64,000 bases of DNA from Candidatus Marinacidobacterales bacterium (GTDB lineage Bacteria; Acidobacteriota; Vicinamibacteria; Marinacidobacterales; SMYC01). Below, one piece after another: positions 21,585 through 33,800 of this stretch. The stretch covers positions 800,001-864,000 of the forward strand of contig CBDCYI010000011.1 in the NCBI GenBank assembly GCA_965224085.1, given 5' to 3'. The notes under the pieces were generated by a model. It did not search any database, was not told the origin of the DNA, and saw only the letters and a list, made by a program, of their open reading frames with translations. The position numbers and the translations under genes were made by a program. Position 1 is the first letter of the stretch. Each line of letters begins with the position of its first letter.

Positions 21585-22750
21585 TGGCGACAACCGAGAT
21601 GAACCCTGAACGAGCCGTGAAGTCGCGTTACTCGCAGGCGGCATCGGCGCGTGAGCGAGAGCTCTGCTGTCCCGTGGACTACGACCTGCGATACCTGTCG
21701 GTCATTCCTGAAGAGATCCTCGAGCGGGACTACGGCTGCGGGGACCCTTCGAAGCACTTGCGCTCGGGAGAAACAGTTCTGGACCTCGGAAGCGGTGGCG
21801 GCAAGATTTGCTACATCGCGTCTCAGGTGGTGGGGCCGAAAGGCCGCGTCATCGGCGTCGACATGAACGACGACATGCTCGCGCTGGCGCGCAACTACCG
21901 TCAGAGCATCGGGGACGCGCTCGGCTTTCACAACGTCGAGCTCCGCAAAGGCAAGATTCAAGACCTCGCTCTCGATCAAGAAGGGCTCGAGGCCCATCTC
22001 GCGGCTTATCCGGTACGTACCCTCGAGGAGCTCGAGGCCGTGGGCCGCTGGAAAGAGAAGGAGCGGAAGGAGAACCCGATGATTCCGTCGGCCTCAATCG
22101 ACGTCGTGGTGAGCAACTGCGTGCTCAACCTCGTCGGCCCGCAGTCGAAATCCGAGCTCTTCCGCGAGATGCATCGTGTCCTGAAGAGGGGTGGACGCGT
22201 CGTCATCTCCGACATCGTGAGCGACGAAGACGTGCCCGAGCACTTGCAGGCCGACCCCGATCTCTGGAGCGGCTGCATTTCCGGCGCGTTTCGTGAAGAC
22301 CTGTTCTTGAAGGCATTCGAGGAAGCCGGGTTCTACGGCGTCGAGATCCTCTCGCGTGACGAAAGACCTTGGCAGAGCGTCGAGGGCATCGAGTTCCGCG
22401 CGCTCACGGTCCGAGCCTTCAAGGGGAAGGAAGGCCCGTGCCTCGAGCGCGATCAAGCCGTGATCTACAAAGGGCCATGGCGGAGCGTCACCGACGATGA
22501 TGGGCACGCGCTTTTTCGAGGCCAACGCATGGCGGTCTGCGACAAGACTTTCAACATTTACAAATCCGAGCCCTACGCAGCGGACATCGAAGCCGTAGAG
22601 CCTTACGAGGAGATTCCTCTTTCAGAAGCGGCGCCGTTCGATTGCCGGAAGGACGCGGTGCGCCATGCGCGGGAGACCAAGGGGCTCGACTACGATGCCA
22701 CCGAGACAACCGACGCGCCGTACTGCGGACCCGACGGTAACTGCTGCTGA
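21584..22750 (+). CDS. arsM: Arsenite methyltransferase-like SAM-dependent methyltransferase
   Basis: LCC, YGCGDP, LDLGSGGG, SNCVLNL and WSGCISGA carry the ArsM cysteine pattern; C-terminal extension ends in CC. Confidence 0.75.
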   Translation: MATTEMNPERAVKSRYSQAASARERELCCPVDYDLRYLSVIPEEILERDYGCGDPSKHLRSGETVLDLGSGGGKICYIASQVVGPKGRVIGVDMNDDMLALARNYRQSIGDALGFHNVELRKGKIQDLALDQEGLEAHLAAYPVRTLEELEAVGRWKEKERKENPMIPSASIDVVVSNCVLNLVGPQSKSELFREMHRVLKRGGRVVISDIVSDEDVPEHLQADPDLWSGCISGAFREDLFLKAFEEAGFYGVEILSRDERPWQSVEGIEFRALTVRAFKGKEGPCLERDQAVIYKGPWRSVTDDDGHALFRGQRMAVCDKTFNIYKSEPYAADIEAVEPYEEIPLSEAAPFDCRKDAVRHARETKGLDYDATETTDAPYCGPDGNCC

Positions 22751-22772
22751 CGGCTGGAAAAGCCATGGAAAG

Positions 22773-23516
22773 CTAACTCTCGAGTACATCGTACCGATTC
22801 AAATCGTCGTCGCCTAGAAAACTCTCCACCCAACGAAGCGGCAGCTCGCGGCTAAGTGCCTCCGATTCCTCTTCGCTCGCCGCATGACAATAACGGTACG
22901 CGGCGGGGACGCCCCACGTCATGATGTGATCGCCAAGCTCGAACTCGCCGGGATCCAGCGTTTCCGATGACACCCCGAGGTAGTCCTCCCAGTGCACCAG
23001 CTTCTTGACAAAGCGCGGGAACTGGTCGAACCGCCAAGCCGTATACACCAACACGCCTCTGGAAGCCACACGCGCCGAAACCTCGGTGAGCAGTTTCAAA
23101 CGGCGTGCTCCCCCAGGCACGTGGTGCAGCACGCCAAACAAAACGACCAGATCGAACGTGGCCGACGCGAGCGCATCGGGCAGGAGCTCGGGCCCCGTGA
23201 TAAAGTCGTGCTTGTAAAGCTCGACGGCGTCGAGCTCCGCAAGCCGGGGACGGGCATGCTCCAGTGCAAGACCGCTCGCATCGACGCCGACATAAGTGAA
23301 CCGCATACCGCGCTGCGCCATAAAACGCGCAAAGCGACCGTTACCGCAGCCGAGATCGAGGACCCTGGGCTGAGCTTTCAGCCGAGACCCGATGCGGTCG
23401 AAGAGCACGTCCCACCCCCGCCACGCGCGCTCACGCGTTTGGTTGAACTCGTCCGCGCGCTCGGCGTAAAAACGCCGGTTGATCGCGTTGAGCTTCCGGA
23501 CCGTCTCCTCGTTCAT
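22773..23516 (-). CDS. Class I SAM-dependent methyltransferase
   Basis: VLDLGCGNGRF and VLHHVP motifs. Confidence 0.85.
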   Translation of the reverse strand: MNEETVRKLNAINRRFYAERADEFNQTRERAWRGWDVLFDRIGSRLKAQPRVLDLGCGNGRFARFMAQRGMRFTYVGVDASGLALEHARPRLAELDAVELYKHDFITGPELLPDALASATFDLVVLFGVLHHVPGGARRLKLLTEVSARVASRGVLVYTAWRFDQFPRFVKKLVHWEDYLGVSSETLDPGEFELGDHIMTWGVPAAYRYCHAASEEESEALSRELPLRWVESFLGDDDLNRYDVLES

Positions 23517-23935
23517 GGCTCAGTCGTGGGCGGCTTGCGGCCTTCGCGCGGTGTGATCACGACACCCGGAAGCGCCCACGTGAGCGCGCCATCCGTAACG
23601 ACGAACGCGCCGCCGACGAGCACGTGGACGACGCCTTCCGCGTCCTCCGATCTCAATCCGTCCGTGCGGCGGCCGTCCGCATGAGAATGCAGATCGATGA
23701 ATCCTGGAGCCACGGTGAGACCGTTGAGATCCATCCGGCGCGCGGCGGATCGACCTTTGAGATCGCCGACGGCAACGATGAGGCCGTTTCGGATCCCGAT
23801 ATCCGCCTCGAACCACGGATTGCCCGTGCCGTCGATGACGTGCGCATCCGAAAGCACGAGATCGAACTCCTGCGCAGCCGCAGTGTCGCCGATGAATAGT
23901 AGGAGAACCCACCAAAGCAGCGCGTTTTTCTGCAT
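23513..23935 (-). pseudogene. D-aminoacylase/amidohydrolase with a large in-frame internal deletion
   Basis: IDGTGNPWFEADIGI...APGFIDLHSH is joined directly to the terminal EGVVHVLVGG...ALPGVVI; only 140 aa. Confidence 0.85.
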
Positions 23936-23964
23936 GACGGCGAAGTTTATCGCATAATACTCCG

Positions 23965-26730
23965 ATGACAGACGAAACGAGCGGGGAGCGAAAGAAGAAC
24001 GAGCGCCTTCGCGCGGATGTTCAAACGTTGGGACGCCTTCTCGGCGCGACGTTGAAGCGGCATGGCGGCCGCGAGCTCTTTGGGGTCGAAGAAAAAGTGC
24101 GCGCGCTCAGCAAATCGCTTCGAGCGAAGCCCGATTCGGCCCGTGAGAAAGAGCTCTTGACGCTCCTGCGCGGTCTCGATATCGACGAAGCGAACGGCGT
24201 CATCCGCGCGTTCTCGGTCTATTTCCAGCTCGTGAACATCGCCGAACAACATCATCGGATCCGCCGCCGGCGCTACTACGCTCTGCACACGCCGAACCGC
24301 CCACAGGCGGGCTCGCTCGCCGATTGTTTCGAGCGCCTGCAAACCTCTGGCCGCAAGCCTGCGGATATTCGCGAGGTGATCGAGGGGCTCGAGATTATGC
24401 CGGTCATGACGGCACACCCGACCGAAGCTACCCGCAGGAGCCTCCTTGAAAAACATCGCCGTATCGCCGATTTACTCTCCGATCTCGATCGCGCCGATCT
24501 TCCCGAGCCGATGCAGGAGGAAGCCGTCGCCGAACTAGAGCGAGAAGTCGAATCGATCTGGCTCACCGACGAGCTGCGCCAGTTCCAGCCGAGCGTTCTC
24601 GACGAAGTGGCCTATACGCTCTATTACTTTGACGCTGTGCTCTTCGATGCCGTGCCGGATTATCTCGAACAGCTCCACCGGGCGGCGCGCCGCGTGCCAC
24701 GCTTGAAGCTTCCGCGAGACCTAGCGCCCATGCGTTTCGGGACTTGGGTCGGAGGCGATCGGGACGGCAATCCGAACGTCACGCCCGAGACGACCTGGAC
24801 AGCGTTGCAGCTTCAGCGAGGCTTGCTGCTCTCGAAATATATCGATGCTATCGACGACATAGCGGGCCGTGTGAGTGAGTCTTCTAGATTCTGCCCGCCG
24901 CTCGAGCGGCTTTCGGTGAGCCTGGCCGCCGACGCGGCCGAGCTTCCCGAAATAGCACTGCTGGTCGAATCGCGGAATCAAGAAGAGCCCTATCGGCAGA
25001 AGCTCGGTTACGTGCGCGAGCGGCTCGAGCGAGCTCTGAACGAAGAAGAAGGCTGCTACGTGTCCGAAGACGCGCTTTACGACGATCTGGATCAAATACG
25101 CGAGAGTCTCGAAGCGGGATCGTCCCGCTCTGTGGCGCTCGTCGAGCGCCTCCTGATGCAAGTTGCAACCTTTGGTCTCCATCTCGCGACACTCGACTTG
25201 CGCCAGCACAGCGCGCGTCACACGGACGCCGTCGCCGAGCTCGCGCGCGCGGCAGGCGTGGAACACTACGCTCTGATGAGCGCGATCGAACGCACGGATT
25301 GGCTGACGGCGGAGCTCGCTACCGGGCGCCTTCTCGCATCGCCCTACACTCCGTTGAGTGCAGAGACGACGGAGACGCTCGGCGTTTTCGCTGTTGCTCG
25401 GAGAGCCCTCGACGAGATCGGCGATAAAGCCATCGGCACCTATATCGTCAGCATGACTCGCGACGTGAGCGACCTTCTAGCAGTGCTCGCGCTTGCCAAA
25501 GAAGCCGGCCTCTATGCCCCGGCGACGGAGACAAGTCCGGTGCTTGCGCGGATTTCGGTGACGCCGCTCTTCGAGACGATCGACGATCTGCGGCAAGCGC
25601 CAGCGGTGCTCACGCGACTCTTCCAAAATCCCGCCTATGCGCAGGTCTTGAAAGCTCAGGGGAACCTGCAGGAGGTCATGCTCGGCTATTCCGATAGCAG
25701 CAAGGATGGCGGCATCCTCACGTCGAGCTGGGAGCTCTACAAAGCGCAAGAGGCGCTCACTGACGTCGCGCGGACGCACGGCGTCGAGCTCCGCCTTTTT
25801 CACGGACGCGGCGGGACGGTGGGGCGCGGTGGCGGACCGAGCCACCGGGCCATTCTCGCGCAGCCGCCAGGTACGGTTGGCGGCCGCATCAAGATCACAG
25901 AGCAAGGCGAGGTCATCTCGTCCAAGTACGAATTTCCCGAGATCGCGCTCCGCAGCATGGAGCTCGTGACTTCGGCGGTGATCGAAGCGAGCTTGCCGCG
26001 GACGCGCAAAAGGCGCCGGCCGGAACGTTTTGTCGAGGTCATGGAAGCGCTTTCCGAAAGTGCGAACGACGCTTATCGCGACGTCGTGCACGAGTTGCCG
26101 GGCTTTACGGATTACTTCAACGAGGCGACGCCCGTCGGAGAGCTCGCACACTTGCGTATCGGCTCGCGGCCGGCGCGGCGGAAAAAGCGCTCGAAGGGCA
26201 TCGGAGATTTGAGAGCCATTCCGTGGGTCTTTGGCTGGACGCAGAGCCGACATCTACTGCCCGGATGGCTGGGCGTCGGCCGCGCCCTCGCACAGTTCAT
26301 TGAGGACGACCCGAAGGAGAACCTCGCGCTTCTGCGCGAGATGAATCAGAAATGGCACTATTTCGGAAGCACTTTGTCCAACATCGAGATGGCGCTCGCG
26401 AAAGCGGATTTTCAAATCGCGCGGCAATATGCCGAGCGTCTCGCAGACCGCAAACGCCGTCACATCTTCACGCGTCTCGAAAAGGAATACCAAGAGACGC
26501 GTGATCTTGTCTTGAAGGTGACCGAGCAACCTGAGCTTCTTGCTTTAAGCCCGGTGCTCAGGCGCTCCATCGACGTCCGGAACCCTTATGTCGACCCGAT
26601 GAGCTACCTTCAGGTCGAGCTTCTGGCGCGCTACCGGCGTGCCAAGACGCGCGCGTCACAGGACGCCTATCTCTACGCTATTCTTCTTTCGATCAACGGG
26701 ATTGCTGCAGGGCTCCGCAATACGGGATGA
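23965..26730 (+). CDS. ppc: Phosphoenolpyruvate carboxylase
   Basis: TAHPTE, GGDRDGNP, QEVMLGYSDSSKDGG, FHGRGGTVGRGG, LRAIPW and GLRNTG motifs. Confidence 0.97.
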   Translation: MTDETSGERKKNERLRADVQTLGRLLGATLKRHGGRELFGVEEKVRALSKSLRAKPDSAREKELLTLLRGLDIDEANGVIRAFSVYFQLVNIAEQHHRIRRRRYYALHTPNRPQAGSLADCFERLQTSGRKPADIREVIEGLEIMPVMTAHPTEATRRSLLEKHRRIADLLSDLDRADLPEPMQEEAVAELEREVESIWLTDELRQFQPSVLDEVAYTLYYFDAVLFDAVPDYLEQLHRAARRVPRLKLPRDLAPMRFGTWVGGDRDGNPNVTPETTWTALQLQRGLLLSKYIDAIDDIAGRVSESSRFCPPLERLSVSLAADAAELPEIALLVESRNQEEPYRQKLGYVRERLERALNEEEGCYVSEDALYDDLDQIRESLEAGSSRSVALVERLLMQVATFGLHLATLDLRQHSARHTDAVAELARAAGVEHYALMSAIERTDWLTAELATGRLLASPYTPLSAETTETLGVFAVARRALDEIGDKAIGTYIVSMTRDVSDLLAVLALAKEAGLYAPATETSPVLARISVTPLFETIDDLRQAPAVLTRLFQNPAYAQVLKAQGNLQEVMLGYSDSSKDGGILTSSWELYKAQEALTDVARTHGVELRLFHGRGGTVGRGGGPSHRAILAQPPGTVGGRIKITEQGEVISSKYEFPEIALRSMELVTSAVIEASLPRTRKRRRPERFVEVMEALSESANDAYRDVVHELPGFTDYFNEATPVGELAHLRIGSRPARRKKRSKGIGDLRAIPWVFGWTQSRHLLPGWLGVGRALAQFIEDDPKENLALLREMNQKWHYFGSTLSNIEMALAKADFQIARQYAERLADRKRRHIFTRLEKEYQETRDLVLKVTEQPELLALSPVLRRSIDVRNPYVDPMSYLQVELLARYRRAKTRASQDAYLYAILLSINGIAAGLRNTG

Positions 26731-26920
26731 AGTTTTGAGTACGGGCGACTATGGTATGTTCCACTCCCAACTCACGCCGAGGCGTACGGACCGACCGAGC
26801 GCAGGGTATCCGAGAACTTCCTCATATTGATGGTCGAACAAGTTCTCCGTCACGACATAGGCCTTGAGGCCGCGCGCTAGAGGCGACGCGTGATCGAAAG
26901 TCGAATCGCGAGTAGGCCTC

Positions 26921-27064
26921 GATCCCGATATGAGCTACCTCGTCGTGAAGCTCGAGGCAAGGCAGGTGGCAGGTTCTGCGATGCCGCAAGGAGCCGCGCC
27001 ACTCGACGCGATCGACCTGGCGAATATTCGGAACTGGATCCTGCAGGGAGCAGAAAACAACTAG
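26921..27064 (+). pseudogene. C-terminal shard of a planctomycete-type cytochrome c domain
   Basis: Manual translation DPDMSYLVVKLE...MPQGAAPL...IRNWILQGAENN*; no CxxCH and no start remain. Confidence 0.55.
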
Positions 27065-27137
27065 ATGTTCCGTCGTCGGAGCCTCCACGTGATACCCCTC
27101 CTGTATCCGTAGCCAGTGGTGGGATCGACGTCTATGA

Positions 27138-27180
27138 ACGGGGGCGGAGGGTAAAGGCCACCCGCTCCCGTCTTTTTTTT
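27138..27180 (+). terminator. Intrinsic terminator
   Basis: ACGGGGGCGG / CCGCTCCCGT 10-bp stem with one G-U pair, followed by C and T8. Confidence 0.65.
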
Positions 27181-27290
27181 GCTCGCCGTCCCGGGCATTG
27201 AACTTGGCATGGCTCGTGCTTTTCTTCTTGACACGCGCGCCACGCTCCGTTTTGTCTACTATGAAGGACATACGGAAGAGGAGAAGAGAC

Positions 27291-27806
27291 ATGAGCTGGA
27301 AAACCCTGACCCTGACCTTTACCTTGACGGGTGTGCTCGCTACCTTGCCCGCCTCGACCGGGGCCCAAGACTCGAAAGGCATTCGTTTGTACAAGGAAGG
27401 CAAGTTCGGAGCGGCTGCGAGCGCCCTGAAGATTCAAGTAGAAAACGAGGCGACCAACGAGCTCGCCTTGACCTACCTCGGTCTTGCGCGGGTTCACTCA
27501 GGGGACGCCCCCGGTGCTTTTGAGCCTTTGAGAAAAGCCATCCAGCTCAACGAGAAAAACGCCCAAGCCCATTACGGATTGGGGCTCGCGAGCGCCAAGC
27601 TAGACAAGCTCGACGACGCCATTTTCGAGCTCGAGAAAACCTGTGGGCTCGCCCCGGATGACGCCTATGCCCACTACCATCTCGGGATGGCTTACAACCA
27701 CAAAGGCAAGAAGGACCTTGCCATCCCTCATCTGCGCCGCTTCGTCGAGCTAAACCCCGAGGCGCCCGAGGCGCCGGCGGTCCGGTCGTTCCTGTCACGC
27801 TTGTGA
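27291..27806 (+). CDS. Secreted TPR protein
   Basis: Purine-rich SD, signal peptide and three to four TPR motifs (AHYGLGLA, AHYHLGMAY). Confidence 0.88.
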   Translation: MSWKTLTLTFTLTGVLATLPASTGAQDSKGIRLYKEGKFGAAASALKIQVENEATNELALTYLGLARVHSGDAPGAFEPLRKAIQLNEKNAQAHYGLGLASAKLDKLDDAIFELEKTCGLAPDDAYAHYHLGMAYNHKGKKDLAIPHLRRFVELNPEAPEAPAVRSFLSRL

Positions 27807-27819
27807 TCGAAACGCTCGG

Positions 27820-30800
27820 TTAAAACGCGTGGCCGAGGCTGAAAATAAAGCGCGACCGCTTCTCACCCTCGCGCCGGTCGAGTACCCGGGCCCAGTCCAA
27901 TCGAAGGAGGCCGAAGGGGAGCTCGAAGCGCACACCCAAGCCCGCGCTCTGGCGGAGGTCCGTCAAGCTCAAATCGGAAGCGGTCTCGAAGACGTTGCCG
28001 GCGTCGTAGAATCCGGCCCCGCTCAACCTCCACAGGAGCGGAAAGCGGACCTCCTGGTTGAATATGAGGACGCTCGCACCGCCGAGAGGGCGTAACAAGA
28101 TCGGGTCGACCGGCCCGAGCGTGTTTTGTTCGAAACCCCGGACCGAGTTGGGCCCCCCGGCCTGGAAGCGATCGTCCCCCACGAGACGCTGACCGAAACT
28201 GTTGGCCGCCCCGACGCGATAGCCCGACGCCCAGACAACGTTGCGCCCGATCGGTATGAAGGCAAAGAGCTGGCCGAACAGCTTCACGAACTCGAGATCC
28301 GATCCCAAAGACTTCGGTGCCCCTTGTGCGGTCACGCTCCAGATAACTCCACGGTGCGGGTCGACGATCCGATCCCGGTGATCGCCGATGAGAGCGCCCG
28401 TCACGATGGCGCGGTCCACGGTGATTCTGGGATCGAAGAACCCGTCATCCGGCAGTTCAAGCTCGGTGACCAAGTGCTTGTAGGAATAGCTCCACTGCAC
28501 GCTCAACGCGTCTTTTGACGCACGCCTCTGCTGAGCGGTGATCGTCCAGTTCCGGTCGCTGAACGGGACGAAGTCCTCATCCTCGTTCGGTGAGTCGGCA
28601 CGGGTCTCGCGTTCGATGAAGACGTCGGTGCTCACACGGTAGCGCGAGAGATAGGGCATGCCGTAAGTGAAACGGAAAATGCGCTGGTTCGTGCCCACGA
28701 GAGCACGGAGCCCGGCACGGTGCGCCCGTCCGAAGAGATTGGGCGCCTGCACGTCGCCGAGAGCTTCGAACAGACCGTTCGTCGTAAATCGGAGACCGTA
28801 GTCGACACTCACGTCGGGCGCCTCCACCACCTGCACGACGACGTCGCGCTCCCCGGTCCCCTGGCCCGGCTCGGTCACCACGACTTCCGCGGAGCGGAAG
28901 ATCCGCAGATCGGCGAGGCGTCTTTCGCTCAGGCTCACGTCCGAAGGCCGGATCGGCGCCCCTGGCTCGAGAGCGAGCTCCCGCCGGATCACGCTCTCTC
29001 GCGTCGCCGTGTTCCCGGCGACCTTGACGTCCTTCACCTTCAGTCTCGCCCCTTCACGGATCGTGAACCGTGCCCGAAGGAGCTCTGGCGCCTGGCCGGG
29101 CTCGACGGCCTGGTCGACCTCGACGTCCGCGAACCCTCGGCTTCGGTAGAGAGTCCTGAGCGCCGCACGGTCCTTCACGAAGTCCGTCAGACGAAACGGC
29201 GCCGCTTCGCGAAGCGATAGGCTCGCGCGCACCTCACTCTCATCGAGTGCTTCGACGCCGCGGAGCTCGATGCTCTCCACGATGGACGGCTCGCCTTCGT
29301 CGACGGGAATGGTGACGCGGAGCATCCCCGTCGCAGCGTCGAAGCTCGTTTCGGGCTCGCCAATGACCGCCCGAAGGTAGCCCATCGACGCGCAACGGAC
29401 TCTCAAGCTCTGCTTCAGACGCGGCCGTTTCGACGTTGTCCACTCGTAGAACACAGAGGACGAACGCTTCGGAAGCACGGCAAGCAGCGCCGTATCGGGA
29501 ATCGCCCGGGTTCCGGGAAACTCGATCGCGACACCCGTGCCGCGTGGGCCGCGCCGCACGTTCACCGAGACGGTAATCTCTTCCGCTTCCTCCCGAATGG
29601 CCGCGTCCACGCGTGACAGGTAATACCCGAGCTCGAACAGTTTTCCTTCGGCGATCCGAGTGAGGTCCGATTCGAGAAACGCGTCCGTGGCGTAGCCGTC
29701 CCACGCGGTCGAGAGCGCCTGACGCGTGGCTTTCTCTATAGGGTCACCGTTCCAATCGAAGTGGACGCGTTTACCCGTGGTAACGATCACGTCGAGTTCC
29801 ACGGCGCTCGTCCCCCGCGACGCGGCGTCGAGATCAACGGTGGCTGAAAGGAACCCGCGCTCGCGAAGCCATGTCCGCAGTCGTTCCGTCTTCTCCCGAG
29901 CGTTCCAGTAGTCGTAACGCTGGCCGGCCTCGAGGCCAAGGCGGTCTCTCGCTTCGTTCTCGAGCTCTTCGGGCTCGCCGCTCACGAAATAGAATCCCAC
30001 TCGGGCGACGGTGGCGCTCGGTTGCCGGGACGGGCGAGACCGGTCCTTCAAATCGAGTTGGATCTGCTGGGAAAGCGCCATCGTGAACGCGTTGTCTTCC
30101 TGGCGCACGAGCTGGGTCCTGGCTCGCCTGGGGAGCGCATAGTCGACGATCCAGATTTGCTTCTCAGTGTCGTCCAGCCCGATCGAGTAAACGAACGACA
30201 GCTGATCGTTCAGCGCCGCCCCGAGCGTGAAACGAGCACTGGGATCCGTCTCGCCCTGGATCAGAGCGGGCTCCACTGTGACAATACGGAACGGCAGAAC
30301 CGTCCCGAGTCCGGTCTCGGCGAGAGCGGCCAAATTCGAACCGGCATAGGCCGCCATCTGCTCAACCACGATCGCTCGCCCCTCGGTCGAGATCTGGTCG
30401 ATCTTTCTTCCCGTGAGGAACAGACTGGCAGCATCGCCGCGCGACAGCGCGGTCGGATCGACCCGGGAGACACCGGTGAACTCCGTCACGAGATCATCGG
30501 TGCGTCCACGAACGCTCAACCGTATGTCGTTGTCACCCACCGAAGTGCGCGCCGTGATGTCGAGCTCAGGCGGCTCGATGGGATAGCCTCGAAGCTCAAT
30601 CCGTGCCGCCTCGACGCGGGAGATGTTACGGCCGAAACGGAACTCCCCACCGGGACGGACGGAAACATTTCCGAAGAGCTCGGGCTGCTCGAGGGTGCCC
30701 GCGAGCCTCAAATTGGCGGACGCTTCAACGCGCGCCAAGTTGTTGTCGACGCGCAATCCTTCGACCGTGCGGATACGCATGTCGAGACGCATGCCGCTCT

Positions 30801-33800
30801 TCTCCGTTTCGACGGGAGTCCATCCGCGCAGGTGTGAAAGCGACTGCAACAGCTCTGTCTCGAGACTGAAGTTACGGCTGAAGATCCCGCGCGTGACGTC
30901 CACGCTACCCGAAAGAAGCAGAGCGGTCGGGGCGCCGCTGAGTCGAAGCTGGCCACTGACTTCACTTCTCAAACCTTCGGGATAGCTGATGCGCACCGCG
31001 TCGGCGCGCCCCGCCAGATCGATCTCCTGAATGGACGCTCTCGAGAAGAGAACGCGCCCGCGCCCCATAAATTTGCCGCCGCCCACGTTCGCCTCGAGGC
31101 GTGAGAGCGAAAACGTCTCGTCTTTGATACGAAGCTCCCCGTTGAGCCTCGTGACCGTGACGCCGGGCTCTCGCAGAGACAGGCGGCCATTCTTCACGGA
31201 TGCATGGCCCGAAAGACGAACGGGTTCGCTCGCTTCGCGGGCTTTTTGGGTGTGACGGGCCTTAAGGTCGAGGTCCACGATTCCACTCACGAGCGCTCCC
31301 CGCTCCGCGAGCATCGGCGAGAGCAACGCCATATCCAATCGACCCCGGCTGCGGGCCTCCCATTCGAGCGTCGAAAGGTCGGACGCCGCGACCAGAAGCG
31401 CACCCTCGAGCTCCAGATCGGTTTCGCCACCCCGAAACCGCATTCCGGAAACGACGAGGCGACCTTGTTCGAGTCGCCACGTACCCCCGTCGCTCTCGAC
31501 CTCCACCTTCGGCCCCAGGCTCACGCGATCGAACCGCCCTTCGCCGCGCCATCGAGACGGGTGGGCGACAGCCCCGAAAAGATCGCCGGCGACCGAAACC
31601 CGCGGACGGGGGCCGGGGCCGTTGATGGCGAGCGCTAGCGGATCGATATCGACGAAGGCGAGCTGCCCGCGCGCATCACCCTGATGCAGTGGGACCCGGC
31701 CGGCGAAATCGAATCTCCCACCGAGAAGCTCGCCGCGAAGCCTATCGATCGAGAGAATCGAGTCGAGAGCACGAATACGCGCATCGACCCCATCGAGAAG
31801 CACGCCGCCCAGACGCGCCGCTCCCTCGGATAGGACGACGTCCCCGACGACGTTGGGTCTCGCGAGCTCCCCGGTCCATCGAACGTCCAGATCTGCACGT
31901 CCCGCAAGCTCCGCGCCGGACACAAAGGCGTTCAAGAGCTCGAGACGCGCGACGCCACGCGCGGCCAAACCCACCGGGCCCGACGCGGCCAAGGGAAGCG
32001 TCCCTTCGATATCGATCGCGGTATCCGCACCGATCAGCGTCAGGCCTCGAATAGAGACTGTCTCGCGGTTACCCTCGACGATAAACGGCGCCCCTGCACC
32101 GAAGCCCACACCGCGGTAAGACCCGACGACCGTCTCCGCCTCGAGGCGATACGTGAACGCGCTCGGCAGAGAGAGCTCGCCGGAACCCTGCAAAAGGCCG
32201 GCGAGATCGAGCTCGGTTTTCTCGAACCCGGGTAGCGTCTGGACGAGCGCTCCGATGGGGAGGCTCTCGAGATCCACCTCGACGTCGAACGCGTACGGAG
32301 CCGTCGTCGCGACGTTTCCCTCGACAAGGCCGTCGCCACTAGGGGAGTGTGCCTCGAGCCGCACGCGGCCGGCGTCGAGCACGGCCTCGATCTGTGCGTT
32401 CGGAAGGGAAACCCCACGGACCCGCAGCCCGTCGATCCGCGCGGAGATCGTTCCCTCGAGCGAGCGGATCGGTCCCTCGAGCGCAACCTGCATCGAGTTC
32501 AGATTCGCCTCGAGCCGGGGACGGCCATCGAAGAAGAAGCCTTGGCCCACACCGCGCAGCGAAAGGGTGGCCGTCGAAAGATCGATACCGCCTCGAAAGG
32601 TCATCACACCGCCTGCAGCGTGCCGCAACGTCAGCGCGCCGACCTGGACGCGCGGGGGCTTTAAGCCGAGCGACCCCTCGATGTCGAATGGAACCCCCGC
32701 GAACAAGAGTCCTTGGGACACGATCGACATCTCACTCCGAGGTGCGTTCCACGGCCCCTCGATGGTGCCCACGATGTTGCTGCTTCCTTGAAGCGGGACG
32801 TCCGCGAAACGCGCGCTCAGGATACCGACGTCGCGAACGTTGGCCCGGTAGTCGAGATGAAGTGTTTCTCCTAGCTCACCTTCGATCGAGAGCTCGACGC
32901 CAGGACCTTCCAGAGCCGGCGCGTCGACGCGGATCCTCGCACCGCGCTCTAGGCGAAGCACCACCCGTCCCGAGAGGGAAACGCCTTCTCGAGCCTCCGA
33001 GGTCGACAGCTCGAGCTCCGCCTCCCCACTACCGCTCGCGAGATCCCAGCGCTCGAAGGATGCAGAAGCCTTGCCAGCGACACGGCTCGCGAGCGAAGGT
33101 GCAAGCTCGACCCCCTCGAACGACGCCTCGAGCTCCTGGTATCCGGATGGGAGATTCGCCGTCAGACTGACGCGCGCACGCCCGCCATAGCCCGAGAGAT
33201 CCCCGTTCTCGATGCGGAGAACGTCGCCCGAGAGCCTCCAGGGAAGCTGGATCCGCACGGGTTGAGACGTGCCGATCGTCGTTCGGCTAGAGCGCAGGAT
33301 CCCTTCGCCGTTTAAGCGACCACCCTCGACATTGATAGTCGCCTCACCCTCAAAAACGCCGTCCATAGGCGGGGCGTCCAAAAGCTCTCGTGCTAGCGAG
33401 CCTTCGAAGGCGTGGGACAACGTGGCTTCGGCCGTCAACGGCGCGTAGGACGCGATGCGGATCGTACCCGTTGCAAAGGAGCCTCCTTTTTCGAGCCGGC
33501 TTTCGGTGAGCTCGGCGCTCGTGCGACCGACACGGGCATGGGTGCGGGCCGGCCCGAGCTCTAGCTCGTCGAGCCTGGCCTTCCCGAAGGAAAGATGCCC
33601 CTTGAGCGATCCATCTCCCGCATCGAGCTCGGCCTCGATTGCCTCGATATCGAGGCTGCGATCCGCACCCTCGAGAACGAGGCGCCCATCCGCGATCGTC
33701 CAGCCGAAGTCGAACAACGACGAGGGCAGCGACGCGACAGCGATCACGGCTTCTCCGGATGCCGCCACACGAAGCTCCGGCGAGCGGATCTCGATCGTGC

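Noticed and set aside
22748-22790. TGA after the terminal CC of the ArsM-like gene as selenocysteine
   Set aside because: No convincing SECIS hairpin follows, and a terminal CC before the stop is common in ArsM-like proteins.
27065-27180. Possible tRNA or structured RNA
   Set aside because: No T-loop or cloverleaf; the hairpin and T run are explained as a terminator.
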